Part shown: positions 1-13,604 of the stretch, one piece after another | How positions within the stretch are numbered: the stretch's first letter is position 1 | How the letters are laid out: each line of letters starts with the position of its first letter | From: Octopus sinensis | Taxonomy: Eukaryota | Direction of reading: 5' to 3' | Assembly: GCF_006345805.1 (NCBI RefSeq) | Contig: NC_042997.1 | Location: forward strand, 2,976,001-3,040,000 | Length of the DNA stretch: 64,000 nt | Notes under the pieces: model-generated | What the model was told of the DNA's origin: nothing | Databases searched by the model: none | Seen by the model: the letters and a program-made list of their open reading frames with translations, nothing else | Position numbers and translations under genes: made by a program

Positions 1-157
1 GGTGTGTTTACGTCCCCGTAACCTAGCGGTTCGGCAAAAGGGAAAGATGGAATAATTACTAGGCTTACAAATAATAAGACCTAGGGTGATTTGTGCGACT
101 AAAGGCGGTGCTCCTAAATACCAGCAGTCAAATGACTGAAACAAGTAAAAGAGTTAA
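1..157 (+). mobile_element. tRNA-derived SINE family A, 3' half (cut by window start)
   Basis: ggtgtgtttacgtccccgtaacctagcggttcggcaaaag...cgactaaaggcggtgctcc...gcagtcaaatgactgaaacaagtaaaagag aligns by eye to the copies at 21520-21687 (+) and 23511-23680 (-). Confidence 0.85.
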
Positions 158-428
158 AAAATGTACAATCGACTAAAACCTGAAAGCGATATGGAAATTA
201 AAGGAAGCACGTGTAACTCAAACACACGCGTTCGAATTACTCGCCACCAACCTCAAATTCCAGAGAGATATGTTACTACTCAAAAGTAGCCGCGAGGCAC
301 CGCAGCTCGTATTCCAAACCACGTTGCTTCGAACATCAGGGATCATAAGAAGAAAGCTTGAAATCTATTTCCGCCGGGAACAGTTTACTCTCAAAGAAAA
401 AATTATTCTGGTTCAGAACCTGTATATT

Positions 429-429
<1 letters not shown>

Positions 430-465
<36 letters not shown>

Positions 466-477
466 TGTTGTTGTTGT
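430..477 (+). repeat. (TAG)n/(TTG)n microsatellite followed by a purine-rich GA tract
   Basis: Direct reading. Confidence 0.95.
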
Positions 478-887
478 GTGAGGCGAAGGAGACAGAGAAA
501 GAGGAGGAAGATGAGGAGAGGAGAGAGGAGAAGGAGAGGAAAAAGAGGAGGGGAAGCTGTAATCTTAGCAACATCAGTAACATCAAAACACCATCGAAAG
601 AATGCATTTAAAATTGTTCCCGGCCTTTTCTTAAGTAACAGAGAAAATCTGGTTTGCGCACGACTTAAGAAATGTAATTTTGGCCGTGATATTTTACGCT
701 GTATATGCCATTGCTGTGTTCATTTACGGACACTAATATCTTAGATAAAATCTACTCGTTACTTTTACTAATCATTTCTGTTTCCAGATTGGAAGATTCT
801 TTAAACACTATAAACTGCACACATATTCTTTTCTACACTATTAACATTATTCACACTTGAAGTTTTGTTCTCATCGTGTTTGCTGTT

Positions 888-933
888 AACACAACGTTTC
901 GGCTGATATACCCACCAGCCTTCATCAGGTGCC
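888..933 (-). ncRNA. Minimal type I hammerhead ribozyme motif (Penelope pLTR type)
   Basis: Minus strand reads ggcac-CTGATGA-a-ggctg-gtgggtatat-cagcc-GAAAC-GTT-gtgtt. Stem I is ggcac/gtgtt, stem II is ggctg/cagcc, and stem III is the palindrome aacgtt. Confidence 0.75.
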
Positions 934-1153
934 CACAGGCCTATAGCGTAGTGGTTAAAAGAATGGGCTACTAAACCCATGATTCCGAGTTTGATTCCAG
1001 GCAGTGACCTGTATAATAATAATAGTAATAATAATAATAATAATAATAATATAATAATGATGATGATGATGATGGTGGTGATATAAATAATAATAATAAC
1101 AACATCGAAAAATATACCGTAGAAATGAGGACCCAGGCTCGAAATTTCTCCAA

Positions 1154-1184
1154 GACATCTGACGAAGGCTGGAAACGTTGTGTA
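1154..1184 (+). ncRNA. Hammerhead motif with the 3' half of stem II deleted
   Basis: gacat-CTGACGA-aggctg-GAAAC-GTT-gtgt, an inverted copy of 888-933. Confidence 0.55.
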
Positions 1185-2189
1185 AATAATGTAAATAATA
1201 TATATAATTCCACGTCTCTTAAATATATTCTTTTGTGCAAAAATTAAAGTAAGGTATCTGATATCCCATGCATTTTTTTGCAAACAAACAAGACAATTTA
1301 TTTCCTAACTAATAACGTTCAGTTGTAAGCGCCATCTACATCTGTGAGATATATACTTTATACCGCATTCCTATCAAGGCAGCCTCGTCTTTTGTCATCA
1401 TGTAAATAAGAAATACATTGCAACCTCTGGTCCACAGATATTACTGCCATTTTCACTATACTTAACCTCAGGAACCTCCGTGTGCCAGAGTCTACTACAC
1501 TCGTGTCGCCTCCATATAGCATACATAAATCATCAGTTTTTTTCTCTCATCACCTATGTTGCTTGGAGCATCGCAAATATTCCGGTCATAAATGCTTTAC
1601 ATTTTTCCTTCTAAAAACGTCGATAGTATAATATTTCCTTCGTGTACGTAGCGTTCCTGTCGTTGTCAATTTCACTGGAACGTTATCGGCATCAATCTCA
1701 TACGTTTCGCATGGGAGAACTAGCGAAAATTATTGGCACAACTTTCTCGTTGAAAACAAACGAATTAAAAAATAATCACGGTAGCTCGTGTTTGTTTGCA
1801 TTTTCCATCAAATTTAACATCGTGTCGCTAGCGGTATCAATAAAAATAATTGAATGTATGTATAACGTGCAATATTTGATGAATGGTCATGCATAGTGAA
1901 GCAAAGAAGTACAACATCTAATATTTTGGAAGCTGCATAATATTAGCAGATAATTGCGTGTGTAAACATCAGGAGTGGAGATTTGCTAAACATAAATATA
2001 TGTGACATGAAATGAGTCAATATTATGATATCAATTACCATTAATCCAATGTGAGCTTCCGAGCATTAATCTATTTTTTTAATTTTAAGTCAAGTGGTTA
2101 GCATTCGAAGGGAATTTTTCACAATTATGTCCATTTAGAGTCGGGGTATTCAGGAGTTTGGTGAATAAGGAAGAAATACGTATTAACCA

Positions 2190-2863
2190 CAAACACATCC
2201 TACAATAATTTCAGCAGTTCCAAGCAGTACTATTTCCCGTAAATGCTCCACCCTTATGGTAGCCCCTATTTGTTCTATGCACTTCTCAAGATTGTACTCA
2301 CTGTTCCCAGTGCTCTGATAATGATTGGTAATACTACCACCTTTTACATCGACCGCAACTACTTAAACTCCCAAGCTCACCTGTCATACTTATCGACTTT
2401 TCTATCTTCCTTATCGCATAACTTAGCCTCAGCTGAGCATGCCATATCTATGATCCAGCACAGTTTGCTTTCTTTCTCAAATAAGACTATGTGTGGTTTT
2501 CTATTCTCTATATCACCGTCGCACTGAATCATAAACCCCACTGGATCTTTGTATTATCATTTTCGATGATGCCATCGGGTTTGTGGTCGTACCAATATTT
2601 TGCTCTGTCAAGATCATACTTGTTGCACAGTGTTCAATGAACATGCCTTGCTATATTGTCGTGGCGTCTCTTATATTCCTTCTGGATTAGTGGCGTACAT
2701 TGGCTGGTAATATGTACGGTTTCACCTATTTATCCACAAATTCTGCACTTTTCACTTTCTAGTGTGTTATCTATTTAGTATTATATGTAGTTTGTCCTTG
2801 GGAAGCATAGATTAGAGCCTCCGTTTCCGGTTTTAAATCCCTTTTAGTCATCCACAGCCATCC
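2190..2863 (-). mobile_element. R4/Dong-like RLE non-LTR retrotransposon, decayed 3' fragment (zinc knuckle plus restriction-like endonuclease)
   Basis: Minus translation gives W.WMTKRDLKPETEALIYASQ, KCRICG..GETV.HITSQC, QKEYKRRHDNIA, RKPHIVL..IIDMA, VLPIIIRALGTV and LLGTAEI, interrupted by stops and frameshifts. Confidence 0.9.
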
Positions 2864-2869
2864 AATTAT

Positions 2870-2878
2870 TACTACTAT

Positions 2879-2953
<75 letters not shown>

Positions 2954-2965
2954 CACTACTACTAT
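2870..2965 (+). repeat. (ACT)n microsatellite
   Basis: Direct reading. Confidence 0.95.
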
Positions 2966-2991
2966 TGTTGTTGTAGTTATTATTAATATTA

Positions 2992-3832
2992 TTCGTCGCA
3001 CAGTATACTATATCATGAGGATTTGGATTGAAGATATTCAAGTCAAGACAAGGACCTCAAATGGACAATACTTTAGGCAATCTGCGTGCAGCTCCATGTT
3101 ATGTCGACTTTTGCAGTACATCAAGATCGTAGTGTATCGCTAAGATTTTCAGATGTCTTTTTTTTCATCAGATTAGCTGATATCGAACCGAATGCTTCGA
3201 TGACAATAGGGATAACATATATGTTCGACTCTCGTAGCTACCACATCCTAGCGATCTCAGATCTCAGGTCTCCATATTTATCAATTTTTCTTTTTCTTTC
3301 AGGATGATATGCTGATCTCCTGGCACTGCTACGTTGATTATTAGGCACTCTTGTTTGTCCCTCCTAAAGGTTACCATATCCGGCCGTCGGTCCCGGATAT
3401 AGTAATCTTTGTCAGTCTGGAAATCAAGTTCCCAGAGGTTTTTGTCTCCTCCTTTTCATCCATTACCCTCTCCGGTGTATGTTGGCACCAAGCACCCGTA
3501 ACCTCATATCCATACCTACAGCATAGTAGCCATTGGAGGTTTTGTGTTACTTTGTCGTGTCTACGCTTATACTCTTTCTGCGCAAGACTTTCACAAGCAC
3601 TTGCAATGTGAGTCACACTCTCTACCCTTTTCTCACACATTCTGTAGAGGTCCGATGCACTTGTGTGTTATATATTCTTTTTCACTGAGTTGGTATTCAA
3701 CGCCTGGTCGTGGGCCATGGTGATTAAGTTTTCACTATTCTTTTTTACATTACCCTCCTGGAGCCACCTCAATGATGCTCCTTGGTTTTGAATTTATTAG
3801 ATTTACGGTAGAACTGACCATGTAATTCCATA
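2992..3832 (-). mobile_element. Second R4/Dong-like RLE LINE 3' fragment with 3' UTR and (TAA)n tail
   Basis: MELHGQFYR, WLQEGNVKKNSENLITMAHDQALNT, RMCEKRVESVTHIASACESLAQKEYKRRHDKV (ORF 3371-3640), ending ...DVLQKST*HGAARRLPKVLSI*. Confidence 0.9.
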
Positions 3833-3853
3833 TCATTATTATTATTATTATTA

Positions 3854-3890
<37 letters not shown>

Positions 3891-4145
3891 AATATTATTA
3901 TTATTATTATTATTATCATTATTATTATTATTATCATCATTATGAAAAGCTCTTCGAGAATTCCTAATTACTAGTCGTTATTTAAGCAGGCAATAACAAA
4001 TCACCAAATGTTACATGCATAGGCTTTTCCTGTTACTCAAAAACACAATACTCTCCTTAGAATGTGAGCTGCTGCTTCTTCTTCTTCTTCTTCTTCTTCT
4101 TCTTCTTCTTCTTCTTCTTCTTCTTCTTCTTCTTCTTCTTCTTCT

Positions 4146-4176
<31 letters not shown>

Positions 4177-4257
4177 TTTCTTCTTCTTCTGCTTCCTCTT
4201 ATATTATTATTATTCTTTTTATTGTTATTATTATTACCTTTATCATTATTATCATTA

Positions 4258-4333
<76 letters not shown>

Positions 4334-4335
4334 GA
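3832..4335 (+). repeat. Compound microsatellite block (ATT)n, (CTT)n, (ATT)n
   Basis: Direct reading of 3832-3942, 4073-4170 and 4203-4333. Confidence 0.95.
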
Positions 4336-4539
4336 TTTGACACAGTTTCATTATTATTGCTGCCAGAATTTGTAAGTTGTGGGATTTTATCAGTAACATT
4401 ATGTATATACAAACGTTTTACAGTCTTTCAAGTGCTTAAACCCCTTCCGATAATCTTTTCTGTCCTTCAGTACCTATCTGTAGAAGTTCTAGAGTGCATT
4501 ATATTCCAATCATTATTCATCGTTATTATTACTATTATT

Positions 4540-5100
4540 ATTGCCATGCTCCTGTTCTGAAACGGACAGAGCAACAGAAGATAGATTCACTAGAGAATAA
4601 ATCAAGATATGATAGAGTTGGTCAATACCTTCGATTTTCAATATGTCGACACTATGTAATTAAAACTGTTCACAAATTGTTTATGCACCACCATGCGGCT
4701 TTAACTGAGGTAGAAAATGTAGAGTTTGTTTGAGACGTACCAGTGGATACGGACGGAACTAAGCAAATAAACGGCATAGTGTCGTGAAAATCTAGAACAA
4801 TAAAGTGTGTTTATTGATCGAAATGTGCATTCCTTGTGATCATATTATCTTGGCAAACGGATTTCACTAGTTCAGAATATATAAAGATATTCTCACTGAA
4901 TCGAATCAATGCCGCATCTCCAGGTGGTTACAATACTGGTGATTGTAAGATCACACTCCAAGAATAAGACAAACTGGAAATTAGTTTAGAATTATCACTT
5001 GCTGATCCCGTAATGCATGAAGTGCAAGGAGTTTTCAATTGTTACATCGCACCGATTGAGAAGTGTATTGTGGTTGTGAGTATGATTAGCACCCAAGAAA
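4540..5100 (+). mobile_element. Third R4/Dong-like RLE LINE 3' fragment, opposite strand
   Basis: ENKSRYDRVGQYL..SICRHYVIKTVHKLFMHH..LTEVENVEFV*DVPVDTD followed by CLLIEMCIPCD, matching the RHD and PD-(D/E) region. Confidence 0.8.
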
Positions 5101-5425
5101 TTTAGTATGTTTCTTTTACATAACTTCATCTGATTTTTTAAAATGAATAATCTGGTGTGCTTACTCTAAAGGCCCATGAATGTGTACAGTGAGATTTTTT
5201 TCTAGATATCTTTAAGCTATACGGGAAGAAATAGAAACAAAACTGAAAGAAAAATAATATATATGTGTATGTGTGTGTGTTTGTGTGCGTGTATGTGTGT
5301 GTGTGTGAGTGTATGTGTATGTGTGTTTGTTTGTTATAGGCATGAATATGATAAATACTTATATAAACACTACTAACAATTAGAAAAATAGAGAAGAGAT
5401 GTTAAGTGTTCAAATTAGAATTTTA

Positions 5426-5536
5426 TTTCCACATACGACCGTTTCAAATGGTAATATAATCATATAAGAAAAAAAAACATTAATTATAATCATAATAATT
5501 AGAATAGTTATGTAATACCATGCTCATCAGTGAAAA
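5426..5536 (-). ncRNA. Hammerhead-like motif with long AT-rich stem II
   Basis: Minus strand reads ttttca-CTGATGA-gc-atggtatta...tattaccat-tt-GAAAC-ggtc-GTA-tgtggaaa. Stem I is imperfect. Confidence 0.5.
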
Positions 5537-6959
5537 ACATTAAAGGAAAATATCAAAATAAGTTTTAACCCCCCCCCCACACACACAAAAAAAGAAGGAA
5601 TAACAATGAGACTACTTCGGAGAAGCCTACCAGATATTTGCAAAGGAATTGTAAAGGGGAGAAAAAAGTCAAACAGGAACATATTAATATATTTTGGAGT
5701 CTATCTGTGTACTAAACTATAACTGTTCTGGCCAACGGATATTTTAAAATATATATGAGCGTGTTTGTGTGTGTCTGTGTGTGTGCGCACGTGTATTATA
5801 GTTACAGAAAAATATAATCAGCAGTGACTTCGTGGTTTCAGCCAGTTAAATCATCGTGGGGCACTGTACAATATTACAAATGTGTAGTGTAGCCCTTCTG
5901 ATAAATGTTGAATTGATTTTATTATTACTGAATATACTACCGCACATTACTTTATCTCTCTCTCTCCATTTTTCTCGCTATCTATCTATCTATCTTTCTA
6001 TCTATTCATGTGATCACATATTCCTTACATTATACTGTTATTTCAATACCCTTTCTATATTTCCAAGTATGGGAGCATATCATCGTATGCAATGAAAAAT
6101 ACTAAGTGGCTATAAACTAGACGTGTGCTGCATTTGATTTGTACGAGGAGTTGTCGCTAAACCATATGGTTATAAGTTAAAGGGCAAAAGGATGGGCATG
6201 TGTACTAAAAGGTTGTGTGTGCTATTGTTGAAATGTGTTATAGTATTATTACAGGCAATGGGTCAGTAAATTATACGTAAAATAATTGTTACATCAATGG
6301 CTAATGTAAATAGGTAGAAATGTAGAGTATGAAGCCTGGAAGTGGGTTTAATGTAAGAGAGAGAGACAGATAAAGAGATATAATGAAAGAAAGAGTGTGA
6401 AAGAAAGATAGAGAAGAAGAAAGAATGAGAGAGAAAGTGATAGAGATAAACATAGATGATATGAAGAGAAGGACACAATGATATGCTTGACATGTTTAAA
6501 TATTGTAAATATTCATTTGTGATCATTAGGAAAGCTTCAATATTACCTTTTAAATAGAGACAGATGAATTAGTTGTATGGTTTCACGTATACAATGTGTG
6601 ATTATTTTAATATTCAACTAGAACTAGCATTAATGTTTGCTGTGAAGGAATAACGTAACGATCAGCAATTAATATTCAAAAGATAATAGTAGCAACAGTC
6701 ACAGTAATACCAATGCTAGCAATAACGACGATAAATAAAGTTTAAAATGGTATTCAAAATAATATCAGTATACATTTTATCAACAGCGTAGAACGAATCG
6801 ACTTTCAATAAATGGAAACGTATGCCACTTGAAGTTTCATTTGCAAGGCTTCCATATCTGGATACAATTGCATAGCAGCTTGCAGCTATAAATTCCTAGG
6901 GATAAACTCTAGTCACTAATCCTTAACCTGACATCAAAACCACATTAGCATAGCTGTAT

Positions 6960-7560
6960 AATTTCATAACACACTGATCATCCAAGAAGGAAATATGGAG
7001 AGGTATGGAATTTGTCATTATATAGCGTTATATATAGCAACAATTCTACCAGAAGAACACTAACAATACAGTTTTAATGCGTTTGAAAGTATTTACTTAC
7101 ATCAGATCACCTTCGAGGTAGAACATTGCCAGTAGAGATTTAACATAATTTCAAACAACATTTGAACGCCGGTTTTGGTACCTTAAAACATGGTAAAATT
7201 ACAAAAGTTGCAACATTCTTCCCAGAAATTATTCACTGATAGGTAAAGTGTGATGTATGTACATATAGCGTTTGCAGAAACGTGAACTAACGCATTATTA
7301 GAAGGGAAGCTGTATAAATAATATTAGAATATTATTCATACATATATTCCAAGAAAGCATCAAATTAAAAGCAAACAGAGTCGTCCATTTTGGAAGAACT
7401 GCTGTAACATTAGCGTAGCAGCCAATACAGCATGCTCAAAGATGATAGCGATGCAAGTAAACACTTTGATGTGCAACTAATATACACTGAGAGATTATTA
7501 CTGAGAATGTCTTTGACGTCACAGGTTGTTATCCGAAAATGTCATCTCACTGTTAAATAC
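6960..7560 (+). mobile_element. Possible very old RTE-like APE endonuclease remnant
   Basis: Only scattered weak motifs (GMEFVI, NIIHTYIPRKHQ, FDVQLIYT), heavily decayed. Confidence 0.2.
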
Positions 7561-9473
7561 AAACACAGGATGCAGCTACAGCATTATGAGAAAATTTGAG
7601 TGCAAATGAGAATACCGAAGAAAATAATGTAGGAATACACTGTAATATGGAGATCAGAATCGCTCATAATTTGGCAGAGAACTAGAGGAAATATCAAGCA
7701 TAACGGCCACGAAGACAAAACAGGATATTATGTACAGTAGTTGAAATCAGTTACCTGCATATATTTAACAAAATATTAACGATTAGCGTAAGGGAGGGTA
7801 TCTTTGCCGACTGGATGTTAAGTGTGTAATTAATCAAACTGAAATATAGAATGTGATTTTTATTTTGATTGCAGCATTTGGAACTAATTGCCATAGTTCT
7901 AATACTGAGGCTGACTTTCCCACAACTAGAAACAGCTGACCCAATCTAGACACTACAGTAACAATTTGTCAAGAGCACTATCAAAATATATAAAATATTT
8001 AAGCAGTATAACAAGTAATACCAACGTACGAACACAGATATATAGTCGTGCTTGTCATCAATACAAAACAAATTATACAATGACATTCAGGCCTGAAAAT
8101 AATTCCGCCTGCGCATAATTATATACACTCATGTAAATTTATATACATTCGTGTCTCTAAAAATGTAGATATAACTAATATCGCATATGTAAACATTCGA
8201 AATATACATTATATCTAGGATCTTTTCTACAAATATGAAAATTAGAACCAGTGGATCCTACATATGAATGTATGTATGCACATATATAAGTATGTTTGTA
8301 AACATATGTGAACGTTCGTGAATTTTACTTATACTTGAGTGAAAATAGACTGTTTGCATAAATGATATACGCAGTTATTTCTGTCTGTCAACACACTGAC
8401 CCTCACCGAGAATTGATTCAGATGAGTATATTTCTATTTTCAATTCTATCGGTATATGTTTTGTACTTTTCTTGCTAAATCTTGTCTCCTGTTTGAAGAT
8501 AATAACCACCCTCTCTCTCTCTTTGACACACCAACATAATCTGTCTTTCTCTGTCTGACCCCTGATTCTATTTATCTGCTTCTCTGTCTCTCACTGTCTC
8601 TGAATATCTCTAAGTTTCATGAAACCTACACACGTAACACGTAAGATACATATTTACATTCATATAATGATGTATATTTATATATTTGTATATATCATAC
8701 ACCCATATACGATGATTTCTACTCTTTACTCACTGCTGATGTACGTCTTTCCCTCTTAAAATTAACATACTTCAAATTCTACTGCACTACGGGTAAATGA
8801 AGAACTGAACATATTCATTATTTTTGCACACAGAGGAAATACAAATATTTCCCTCCATATTTTATCCGGTTGGGAATAGAAACTTAATATATTCGTTACG
8901 GAAATGCCGGTTTCATTTCATTAAGAAACATTGGCGCCAATATCGACACTATGAAGCACACTGTATCTACAACTCGGTAATTAGTTCATTGTAGATTAAG
9001 AAGCTTTCAATACTGTCGGATATCTAGTGTCAAATCGAATTTGCTAATACGAATGTATTCTTATTTCATTTTGATAATTTTTCTTTGAAATAAGAGAACT
9101 TTGAATTCCACAAGGAATTCTTACAATGTTTAATCGTGTGCCTCATTAAGCAAAATCTATATTATGTCTGTTCACCCAGTAAACGTGAGATCGAAGTACT
9201 TTTGCTCTTGGCAGTTAATAGTTTCATATACTTTCAGCTTTGAAGTTATTTGGAATAGTACAATACAGCTAGGTTACAATAAGACAATAAAAACGTCGAA
9301 TTTAGAATCAGTTTGTGTTGCTTCTCAACATTTACTTACTGAAATAATGTTTTGCCCAAAAGTGTTTACATACTAAACTCTTCACCTAGAAAGATTAAAA
9401 CAAGCTTTAACATGTCTTTCAACAAATTCTCACTAATGTTTTACATTTCTGTTATATTAAAATTATTAAAGTA

Positions 9474-9509
<36 letters not shown>

Positions 9510-10019
9510 CCAGATTATAACTCATCAATAGATTGGTAAGACATCTCAAAAGAGACTTGTTATACTTATATAACAGAATATCCGTTAATATCATTAAAGT
9601 CCACGGATTACCTTGTCTAATATATATTTTACAGCCCAAATGCAATATGAAAGTATGCACGAGTATTTATTGTTTGTAAGCATAAAGGAATGCGTAGTGA
9701 TTTCTACAGGTAAGGAATGGCAACGACTGAAGAAACAGAGTAGTTTATATATTACTTACAATTTGATCGCTGAAATTGTTAAAGAGGTAGATGGTTTGAG
9801 GTGTGAACATATACATTCACACCTCGTTTGAATAGAAAAAAGTGTGTATATTTGGTAAATCTACATTGAAATATAAATACGAGGGAAATGGAAGAAGCGA
9901 GAGTTTCATTCCTTCTTCCTTCCAAATGCCAAAAGTTTAGAGATCATCGCGTTGTAATGGTATTCGCGTCTATGCTTTCGTACACGAACAAATACACGTT
10001 TTATTCGTGTTAGACAAAT

Positions 10020-10039
10020 TACTACTACAACTACTACTT

Positions 10040-10087
<48 letters not shown>

Positions 10088-10180
10088 TGTACATCTAAAT
10101 ATATATATACACACACATATATGTATATATGCATGTATATATATATATATATATATACATATATATATGAGTATGTATGT
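10020..10180 (+). repeat. (ACT)n then (TA)n/(CA)n microsatellites
   Basis: Direct reading. Confidence 0.9.
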
Positions 10181-12100
10181 ATGTTGTGTGTCTACCTTTG
10201 TTTCTGACAGTAATATAGCAGTTAGAGAAACGTCAATAATTTTGTCATATATTAAGTGAAACGATCGTACTTTCATTGATTTGTTTCACATAATGCTGCA
10301 GACGAATTTTTTGTGAGTTTCTACTACTTCTACACACATCGCTTTCGTAGATAATCTTATATTTTCGTCTGACTACATATGTTCACCTCCATAAACCAAG
10401 TCACAAGTGTTAACTATATTTCTTCTAATATGTTATGACAGCTCTTTCGTCGCACTTATGTGTTTAAGTGTAAACAATCTACGTAGACCAACGCAGGTGT
10501 GGCTGCTTGAGAGAAATATTAGATTAAAAGCTCGCATTTGACATTTAATTAACCTCTCTAATGAACTCTATTCAAATCTACGTTTTCATTATTAATTCAT
10601 TTAGTTGTTAGATCTTTCTTTATGTTTATTTAATCGTTTACAACGACTGATTATAACACCTTATATTGTTATATCAAGGGATTTATCGATGAACGAATAC
10701 TTGAATGTAAACAATGGTATCCACCGTATATTGTGCATGATATTATATTATGTAAACCGTAAACAGAAGTTTATTAAAATAGAATGCAAACAAAAATGTA
10801 GTTAAATCTATTCGCAAGATGTTTTATATTTGTGAGACTTTATTCTAAAATCATCCCTCTTGAGGATTCTGTAATATGATTTTTAAATCTTTTATGAAAT
10901 CATAAATGTTCATATAAGACATCATTGCCCCGCCCCCAGAAAATGAACTCGACCGTATAATCTGTGCTGTTTAAAAATATCCTTTTTCGTCACGAGAGCT
11001 AGAAAGGCGAAAACATGCCGTAGTAATTTTTAAAAAAGATGAAATTTACCAAGGAAATTAATTTACAGCGAACTTTACGACGCACAAATATTGTGAATTG
11101 TAGAGTCGTTAATTTGAATTATGTTGTTAGTTTCGGTTTCGTGCATTCTTATGACAAAAATCGTCGAGGTCAAATTTTCTGACCACATGTAAGGGATCGG
11201 TAAAAGAACTACTAGCTCACTACCTGAATCTCTTTAATACTTCGCATTCACTATATCTTCCATAGTATTAATTATGATATACATCCTCGCTACATTGTTT
11301 CACAACTGGTTCTGACTGAGAATCTCATTAATAGAATGCATGTCTGTGTAATATTCAGTTTCTTACACTAATATTCATAGAAGTTGAGCAAATGAATGGA
11401 ATATACAATTTATTACCCTCCTATTTCTTCTTCACCAACACCGAAAAATAAATTAAAATTAAACGAGTGATAAACATATTAGCTGTACGCAGGTTCCTAG
11501 AAAACACGGAAAGCTTAAATAAAAATGAAGCAAATCGGTAAAATTAAATCCACTGCTGCGAATGCAGAAATGAGTCTCATAAATTATTGGTTTGCAGGTA
11601 TTTGAGAAAAAGTCAAATAGCATCGTAATTAAAATATATTATTCATGGCTCACGTTGCTTTTTATTTTATTTTAATTTTTTTGTTTCCTTACTTGATATC
11701 TTACTCCTTGAATCAAGTATTTTCCAGTGATAAAACACTGCTTTCTTGGACATGACACTATTTAAATAAGCTTGTGTATTGCGTAATTAGTGTTTAAAGA
11801 AGGAATGTGATATGACAACTATAATAGTTCATTTGAATATTTGGTAGTTTATAAAATGAAAATTTATTTTTATGCCAAACGTCTTTATGAAACTATTGAT
11901 AATACATCATTAGAGATTTATTATATAAAGTAGATTTAATTTACCTTCTGAAAATATTAGTTTACAGTTGGACTAAATTAGTGAGGTTCATGAATCCCTG
12001 GATGTTAATATACTTAAATGTTTACAAGTGTTTCGTTGCTGAAGCATGTCTTTCCATGTTGTTTCAGTCCAAATGAAACTTTTTAATATTTTATCTGTTT

Positions 12101-12277
12101 TAGTTGTTTCACTCATTACACTGCAGCCATGCCCAGGTACAGACTCCATGATGTTAGTTGGCTGAATCTACCCCACTACACATTGCTTTAAACTGATACT
12201 TGTTCTATCGATCTCTTTTGCCGAAGCAGTAAGTTACCGGGAACGAAAGCACACTAACTCCAGTTGTCAAGCAGTGG

Positions 12278-12322
<45 letters not shown>

Positions 12323-12557
12323 ATGTGTGTGTGTGTGTGCGTATGTGTGTGCGGTGTGTATGTGTGTGTGTGTGATTATATATGTGCAAAAACATGTGTG
12401 AGTATATGACACGCTTGTTTCTGTTTCTGTTTCCCCCAAAAGGCATTAATAGACCCGGGGCTATAGCTGAAGACGTGCAATGTTTCACGCAGGGGGACTG
12501 AATACAGTATTATGTGGTTGGGAAGCAAATTTCTTACCACACATCCACAGCTGCGTC
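12101..12557 (-). mobile_element. SINE family A, full-length diverged copy with internal (TA)n(TG)n
   Basis: Matches 23511-23921 in both halves (ctatcgatctcttttgccgaa, and tatgtggttgggaagcaaatttcttaccacaca). Confidence 0.8.
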
Positions 12558-13604
12558 TATCTAAGCGTTAGTGTATGTATGCATATGTGTATATACATGT
12601 GAATGTATGGGTGTGTGTACGTACGTACAGTCATATATATATATATATATATATATATAGATATACACATATTCTCAAGAATGGTCTGCGCGAACTATTA
12701 CAAAAATATTTGTTTTCTCGCATATAGTCTATATAAATGAGTACGCATTATAGAATAAAGACGAGATATGAACACGGTAAATACAGTCACCGATAGAATG
12801 ACTTTGTTAATTTTTAAAACAAATTATCCAGTCAGACGCTGTTGTGTACTCGAAACAAATCTGCGACATATAACTCATCATATGAGTTATAAATATTTGC
12901 AAAGGAAAATTATGATAATAATAGAAGTAAAATTTAATCATATTAAACAGAAGTGCAATCCGAAAATGCTACAAAATTTTCCAAACCCTGAACTGAAAAG
13001 CTAAGGAACTGGCTCTTGAACAAAAGAAATATATGATGGCAATTAAGGAAGGTCGCTATCACTCATCTGGAATACGCACATTTCGAGAGTTAAGCAAATT
13101 GTTGTTGTTATGCAAAAGTGTCCAACACGTTGGTCTTTCAGAAAACGAAAAAAAGGCTCACCTTTCCATTTCATTTGCATTAGGAGCTGTTTCAGCTTAA
13201 CAATAATACTTTGTTGGGTAAATCCATGCATGTGTGATATTTTAAGTCAGCAATATTTTTGCAAAACTGTCATATGTGGGACTTACTTCACTTTTTAAAT
13301 ATACAAAAACTTTGTACTACACTTTGACAATTTTCATATCTCAGCATTGAAAGCAAAATTAAGTATTCAAAAAGAAAACGCATTTGGCCAAATTTGGACA
13401 TACGACGGTTTGACATAATAACAACGAAATAAATCAATTCATTTTTGTTTAATTACCGATTCAGTAATGGAATGATTCTAAAGACCTGCTTAGAAAATAA
13501 ATCATTCAGTGAACAATGAAATAAAGAACAATAATAATAACTCTGCTAACATTTGAGTATAAGTAACACAAAAATATTTCATTTATTATTTGAACCTAAA
13601 CTTC

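Larger units (their letters stand above)
844..1228 (+). mobile_element. Composite element: inverted hammerhead arm, tRNA-like head, (AAT)n, forward hammerhead arm, short tail
   Basis: A box TAGCGTAGTGG at 944-954 and B box GTTTGATTCC at 989-998. Left arm 844-933 is inverted relative to right arm 1154-1193. The same architecture recurs at 33101-33462. Confidence 0.8.

Noticed and set aside
936-1010. Possible tRNA gene (also 33212-33280)
   Set aside because: No acceptor stem or oligo-T terminator, and it is embedded in a repeated composite element. Treated as a SINE-type head.
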